A stretch of 61,944 nucleotides of DNA, counting the filler. It is 4 parts of 4 records of this genome, joined end to end, with 100 filler letters (N's around TTAATTAATTAA, not from the genome) between each part and the next. Parts side by side here need not be neighbours in the genome. Positions count along the whole stretch, not along the records: positions 52,046 to 61,944 come from DRR723986_940; 3 more parts are not named here. The stretch is one strand, 5' to 3'. This document shows, piece by piece, positions 58,493-61,944 of this stretch. The notes beneath the pieces were generated by a model that saw nothing but the letters and a program-made list of their open reading frames with translations, made no database searches and had not been told where the DNA came from. The translations under genes and the position numbers were made by a program. Each line of letters begins with the position of its first letter. Within the stretch, counting starts at the first letter, position 1.

Positions 58493-59811
58493 GTAGTTTT
58501 GAAATCGGGCTGATGTCTTTTCCGCTGTTGCTGCTGCTGATCTTTTTGCGCGTGCCCATTGGCCTGTCGATGTTTGTTGTGGGCTTGGGGGGGCTGTATT
58601 TTGTCACGGGCGGTATGAACGTGGCCTTGGCCAAGCTGAAAAGCGAAACCTATTCAACATTTTCCAGCTACTCTTTGTCGATTGTGCCAATGTTTTTGCT
58701 GATGGGCCAGTTCGCCACCTTGGGGGGCATGAGCCAAGCGCTGTTTAAAGCCGCCGAAAGCTGGCTTGGCCACCGGCGTGGGGGTGTGGCCATGTCGGCG
58801 GTGGGGGCTTGTGCGGGCTTTGGGGCGATTTGTGGCTCGTCTTTGGCCACGGCTGCCACGATGGGCCAAGTGGCACTGCCTGAGTTGCGGCGCTATGGCT
58901 ATTCGGGCGGGTTTTCTACCGCAACGCTGGCGGCTGGCGGCACGCTGGGCATTTTGATACCGCCCTCTGTGGTTTTGGTGATCTATGCGATCTTGACCGA
59001 ACAAAACATCGCCAAGTTGTTTTTGGCGGCTTTCATCCCCGGTATTCTGGCGGCCTTGGGCTATATGGCGACAATCTCGATCTATGTGCGCCTGAACCCC
59101 GCCAGCGCAGGCGTGCGCCCGCCCGTGCCCTATAGCGAACGCTTTGCCGCGCTGTTTCGGGTGTGGCCGGTGTTGCTGGTCTTCCTGACCGTGGTGCTGG
59201 GCATTTATCTGGGCTGGTTCACCCCCACCGAAGGCGCGGCTGTGGGCGCTTTGGGCACCGGTTTGATCGCGCTTGCAAATGGTGGGTTAACCCGCAAATC
59301 CTTTGCCGACAGTATTTTGGCCACCGGGCGTTCAACGGCGATGATCTTTTTCATTGTGTTGGGGGCAGGGTTTTACAACGGCTTTTTGGCGCTGACGCAA
59401 GTGCCGCAAGAGCTGGCATCCTGGGTGGGCGCGCAGGGCTATAGCCCATGGTTTGTGCTGGCGTTGATCTTGGCGCTTTATCTGGTCTTTGGCTGCTTTA
59501 TGGACAGCCTATCGATGATCTTGCTGACCATCCCGATCTTCTTTCCCATCGTTTCGGTGCTAGATTTTGGCCTGTCGCCCGAGGAAACCGCGATCTGGTT
59601 TGGCATTTTGGTGCTGATCGTGGTCGAGGTGGGGCTTATTACGCCGCCCGTGGGGATGAACCTGTTTGTGATCAACTCGATGGATCGGCAAACGCCCATG
59701 GTGGAAACCTACAAGGCGGTCATGTATTTTGTGGCCTCTGATATTTTCCGCGTCATCTTGCTGGTGCTTTTCCCGGGCATCACCTTGTTCTTGCTGCGGG
59801 TTTTGCACTGA
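58489..59811 (+). CDS. dctM: TRAP transporter large permease
   Basis: VPMFLLMG, GSSLATAATM, GTLGILIPPS, FTPTEGAA and ITPPVGMN. Confidence 0.94.
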   Translation: MSSFEIGLMSFPLLLLLIFLRVPIGLSMFVVGLGGLYFVTGGMNVALAKLKSETYSTFSSYSLSIVPMFLLMGQFATLGGMSQALFKAAESWLGHRRGGVAMSAVGACAGFGAICGSSLATAATMGQVALPELRRYGYSGGFSTATLAAGGTLGILIPPSVVLVIYAILTEQNIAKLFLAAFIPGILAALGYMATISIYVRLNPASAGVRPPVPYSERFAALFRVWPVLLVFLTVVLGIYLGWFTPTEGAAVGALGTGLIALANGGLTRKSFADSILATGRSTAMIFFIVLGAGFYNGFLALTQVPQELASWVGAQGYSPWFVLALILALYLVFGCFMDSLSMILLTIPIFFPIVSVLDFGLSPEETAIWFGILVLIVVEVGLITPPVGMNLFVINSMDRQTPMVETYKAVMYFVASDIFRVILLVLFPGITLFLLRVLH

Positions 59812-59816
59812 TACCT

Positions 59817-59848
59817 AAAAAAAGGCGCGCTTCGGCGCGCCTTTTTTT
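59817..59848. terminator. Rho-independent (bidirectional) terminator
   Basis: AAAAAAAGGCGCGC-TTCG-GCGCGCCTTTTTTT. Confidence 0.92.
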
Positions 59849-59865
59849 GGCTGGCATTTTACCGC

Positions 59866-59890
59866 ATATAGTTATATCGTATAACTATAT
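59866..59890. promoter_or_regulatory. CouR-type MarR operator (perfect 11-bp inverted repeat)
   Basis: ATATAGTTATA-TCG-TATAACTATAT, containing the core GTTATA-N3-TATAAC. Confidence 0.85.
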
Positions 59891-59906
59891 TGTTGAAGGT
59901 AGCAAA

Positions 59907-60671
59907 ATGACCAATACCCTGAAGATCGAGATAGATGGTGCCATCGCGGTTTTGACCATGAACCGCCCCGACAAGCGTAACGCCATGAACGATACGCTTT
60001 TGGCTGAACTGGATGCGTTTTTCTCTGCCCCGCCCGAAGGGGTAAAGGTGGTGGTGCTGACGGGCACCGCTGGGCATTACTGCTCGGGGTTGGACCTGTC
60101 GGAACAGGTGCAGCGCGATGCCGAAGGCACGATGCGCCATTCGCGTGGCTGGCATGCGGTGATGGACCGTATCCAGTTTTCCGGCCTGCCGGTGGTATCG
60201 GCCATGTTTGGCGCGGTGATCGGTGGCGGGCTCGAACTGGCCACCTCGACCCATGTGCGCATTGCCGAACCCAGCACCATTTTTCAGCTGCCCGAGGGGC
60301 GGCGCGGCATTTATGTGGGCGGTGGGGCCTCGGTGCGGGTGGGGCGCATCTTGGGCGCTGACCGCATGATCGAGATGATGCTGACGGGGCGCAAATATGG
60401 CGCCGACGAGGGGCTGGCGCTGGGGCTGTGCCACTATAGCGTGGCCGAAGGTGCGGCCCTGCCGCTGGCGTTAGAGCTGGCAGGAAAGATTGCCAAAAAT
60501 GCCAGCCTGTCGAATTACATCATGATCCACGCCATCAGCCGTATCGAGGATATGGCCAAGGCCGATGGTCTATTTACCGAAAGCCTGTGCGCCGCGCTGG
60601 CGCAAACCAGCCCCGATGCTGTGGAAGGGCTGCAGGCGTTTTTGCAAAAACGTCAGCCCGTATTTCGCTAA
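59907..60671 (+). CDS. Crotonase/enoyl-CoA hydratase family protein
   Basis: MNRPDKRNAM, YCSGLDLSE, GAVIGGGLELA and LPEGRRG. Confidence 0.93.
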   Translation: MTNTLKIEIDGAIAVLTMNRPDKRNAMNDTLLAELDAFFSAPPEGVKVVVLTGTAGHYCSGLDLSEQVQRDAEGTMRHSRGWHAVMDRIQFSGLPVVSAMFGAVIGGGLELATSTHVRIAEPSTIFQLPEGRRGIYVGGGASVRVGRILGADRMIEMMLTGRKYGADEGLALGLCHYSVAEGAALPLALELAGKIAKNASLSNYIMIHAISRIEDMAKADGLFTESLCAALAQTSPDAVEGLQAFLQKRQPVFR

Positions 60672-60680
60672 GGGGGGGCA

Positions 60681-61133
60681 ATGGCCGAGCACAGCACAGA
60701 TCTTGCGAACAGCGCGCTTGACCATGGGCTAAGGCAGCTTTTGGGCTATGCGTTGAAACGTGCCTCGGCGGTGGCAACGGGCGATGCCTCGCGCGTGCTC
60801 GAGCCGTTTGGCCTGCGGGTGACGTCTTATTCTGTGCTCTGCGTCATTTGCCAAAACCCGGGCGTCACGCAAACCCAGCTGGCCGCGGCCCTGGCGATGG
60901 AACGCTCGAACACCGTGGCGATTTTGGACCAGCTGCAAAAGACTGGCTGTATCGAGCGCCGCCGCAGCACCCAAGACCGCCGGGTTTTCGATCTGCACCC
61001 TTTGGCGGCAGGTCATAGCCTTATGCAACAGGCCAGCGACGCGCTGCTGGCCTATGAAAACACCACCTTTGGCGCCCTGTCTAAAGACGAGCGGCAAACG
61101 CTGATCCGCCTTTTAACCCGCATTCACCAGTAA
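60681..61133 (+). CDS. MarR-family transcriptional regulator
   Basis: LGYALKRA, NPGVTQTQLAAAL and IERRRSTQDRR winged helix. Confidence 0.92.
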   Translation: MAEHSTDLANSALDHGLRQLLGYALKRASAVATGDASRVLEPFGLRVTSYSVLCVICQNPGVTQTQLAAALAMERSNTVAILDQLQKTGCIERRRSTQDRRVFDLHPLAAGHSLMQQASDALLAYENTTFGALSKDERQTLIRLLTRIHQ

Positions 61134-61143
61134 GGGACCGCCC

Positions 61144-61944
61144 ATGACCGATGCCCGCTACACCCCGCAATCTGTAAATTGCCAGCCGCAGGCTGATGGC
61201 AGCCTGATCCTGACATCGCGCCACACGCTGGGCCCGGTGGCCAGCAGCACTGGCGCCTGGCTGCACCATTGGGCCGATGCCACCCCAGATGCGGTGTTCA
61301 TTGCCGAACGTTCGGGGGCGGGGTGGCGCGAGCTTAGCTACCGTGAAACCTTGCAAACCGTGCGCGCCCTGGGGGCTTGGCTGCTGGACCAGCCGGGCGA
61401 TGGCCCGGTGTTGGTGCTGTCGGGCAATTCGGTAGATCATGCGCTGGTGGCTTTGGCCACCCAATATGTGGGCCGCGCCAGCGTGCCCGTGGCCGAGCAA
61501 TATTCGCTGATCAGTGGCGCCCATGACCGGCTGGTGTATATCGCCGAAAAGGTAAAGCCTGCGCTTTTGTTTGTGGATGATCCAGCCCGCTATGGCGATG
61601 CGCTGATGTTGGCGCAACTGGCTGGTATCGCGGTATTGGCCAGCACCGATGCAGGCGCGCCCCGCCCGGTGTGCACCATGGCGCAGGCGCTGGCACAGGG
61701 GCAGGGCGATGTTGATCAGGCCCATGCCGCCGTTGGCCCCGATACGGTAGGCAAAATCTTGTTCACCTCTGGATCTACGGCCAACCCCAAGGGCGTGATC
61801 ACCACCCATCGCATGATGTGTGTAAACCAAACCCAAATTGCCGATGCTTTCCCCTTTCTGCGCCAAAGCCCGCCCAAAATTGTCGATTGGCTGCCGTGGA
61901 ACCACGTCTTTGGTGGCTCGCATAATTTCAACATGATGCTGGCC
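61144..61944 (+). CDS. fcs: Feruloyl-CoA-synthetase-like acyl-CoA ligase, truncated by the window end (absent from the ORF track)
   Basis: Translated by hand: MTDARYTP...WLHHWA...FIAER...LSGNSVDHA...VAEQYSL...KILFTSGSTANPKGVITTHRMMC...DWLPWNHVFGGSHNFN. Confidence 0.85.
   Translation, partial: MTDARYTPQSVNCQPQADGSLILTSRHTLGPVASSTGAWLHHWADATPDAVFIAERSGAGWRELSYRETLQTVRALGAWLLDQPGDGPVLVLSGNSVDHALVALATQYVGRASVPVAEQYSLISGAHDRLVYIAEKVKPALLFVDDPARYGDALMLAQLAGIAVLASTDAGAPRPVCTMAQALAQGQGDVDQAHAAVGPDTVGKILFTSGSTANPKGVITTHRMMCVNQTQIADAFPFLRQSPPKIVDWLPWNHVFGGSHNFNMMLA

Noticed and set aside
61081-61923. 280-aa minus-strand ORF at the window end
   Set aside because: Shadow of the plus-strand fcs-like gene starting at 61144, which the ORF track misses because it has no stop.

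Overview
This window is not one contiguous locus. It is four unrelated contigs joined by identical artificial 100-bp spacers (N44-TTAATTAATTAA-N44) at 20641-20740, 31588-31687 and 51946-52045. Contig 1 (1-20640, high-GC alphaproteobacterium) has a LysR/TctCBA/fumarase-superfamily lyase/DUF3604-like hydrolase module bracketed by two inward-facing IS5-family ends. This is followed by a truncated enolase-like pseudogene and an uncharacterised sugar or sugar-acid catabolic island (TetR, Gfo/Idh/MocA, DUF993, two TIM barrels, LacI, 2-hydroxyacid dehydrogenase, family-5 ABC). Contig 2 (20741-31587, Hyphomicrobiales, probably Roseibium/Labrenzia-like) has etfA, hbd, an acyl-CoA ligase, three small proteins sharing a YjfB-like C-terminus behind a perfect CtrA box, then tlpA, argH, a lipoprotein, lysA and TIGR02302. 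Contig 3 (31688-51945, lower-GC betaproteobacterium, Limnobacter-like) has tesA/ybbA, nnr, purL, udg, uvrC, pgsA, DUF3422, a TRAP system, a nitrate-type ABC operon with sigma54, NtrC-like and ANTAR leader signals, and two tRNA-Ser genes each followed by an inverted copy of its own 3' end. Contig 4 (52046-61944, Rhodobacteraceae-like) has taurine ABC genes, glycerate kinase, a gentisate-type ring-cleavage operon, a TRAP pair lacking its binding protein, and crotonase-MarR-feruloyl-CoA-synthetase-like genes; both aromatic promoters share a CouR-type operator. All family and taxon calls come from motif recognition, not database searches.
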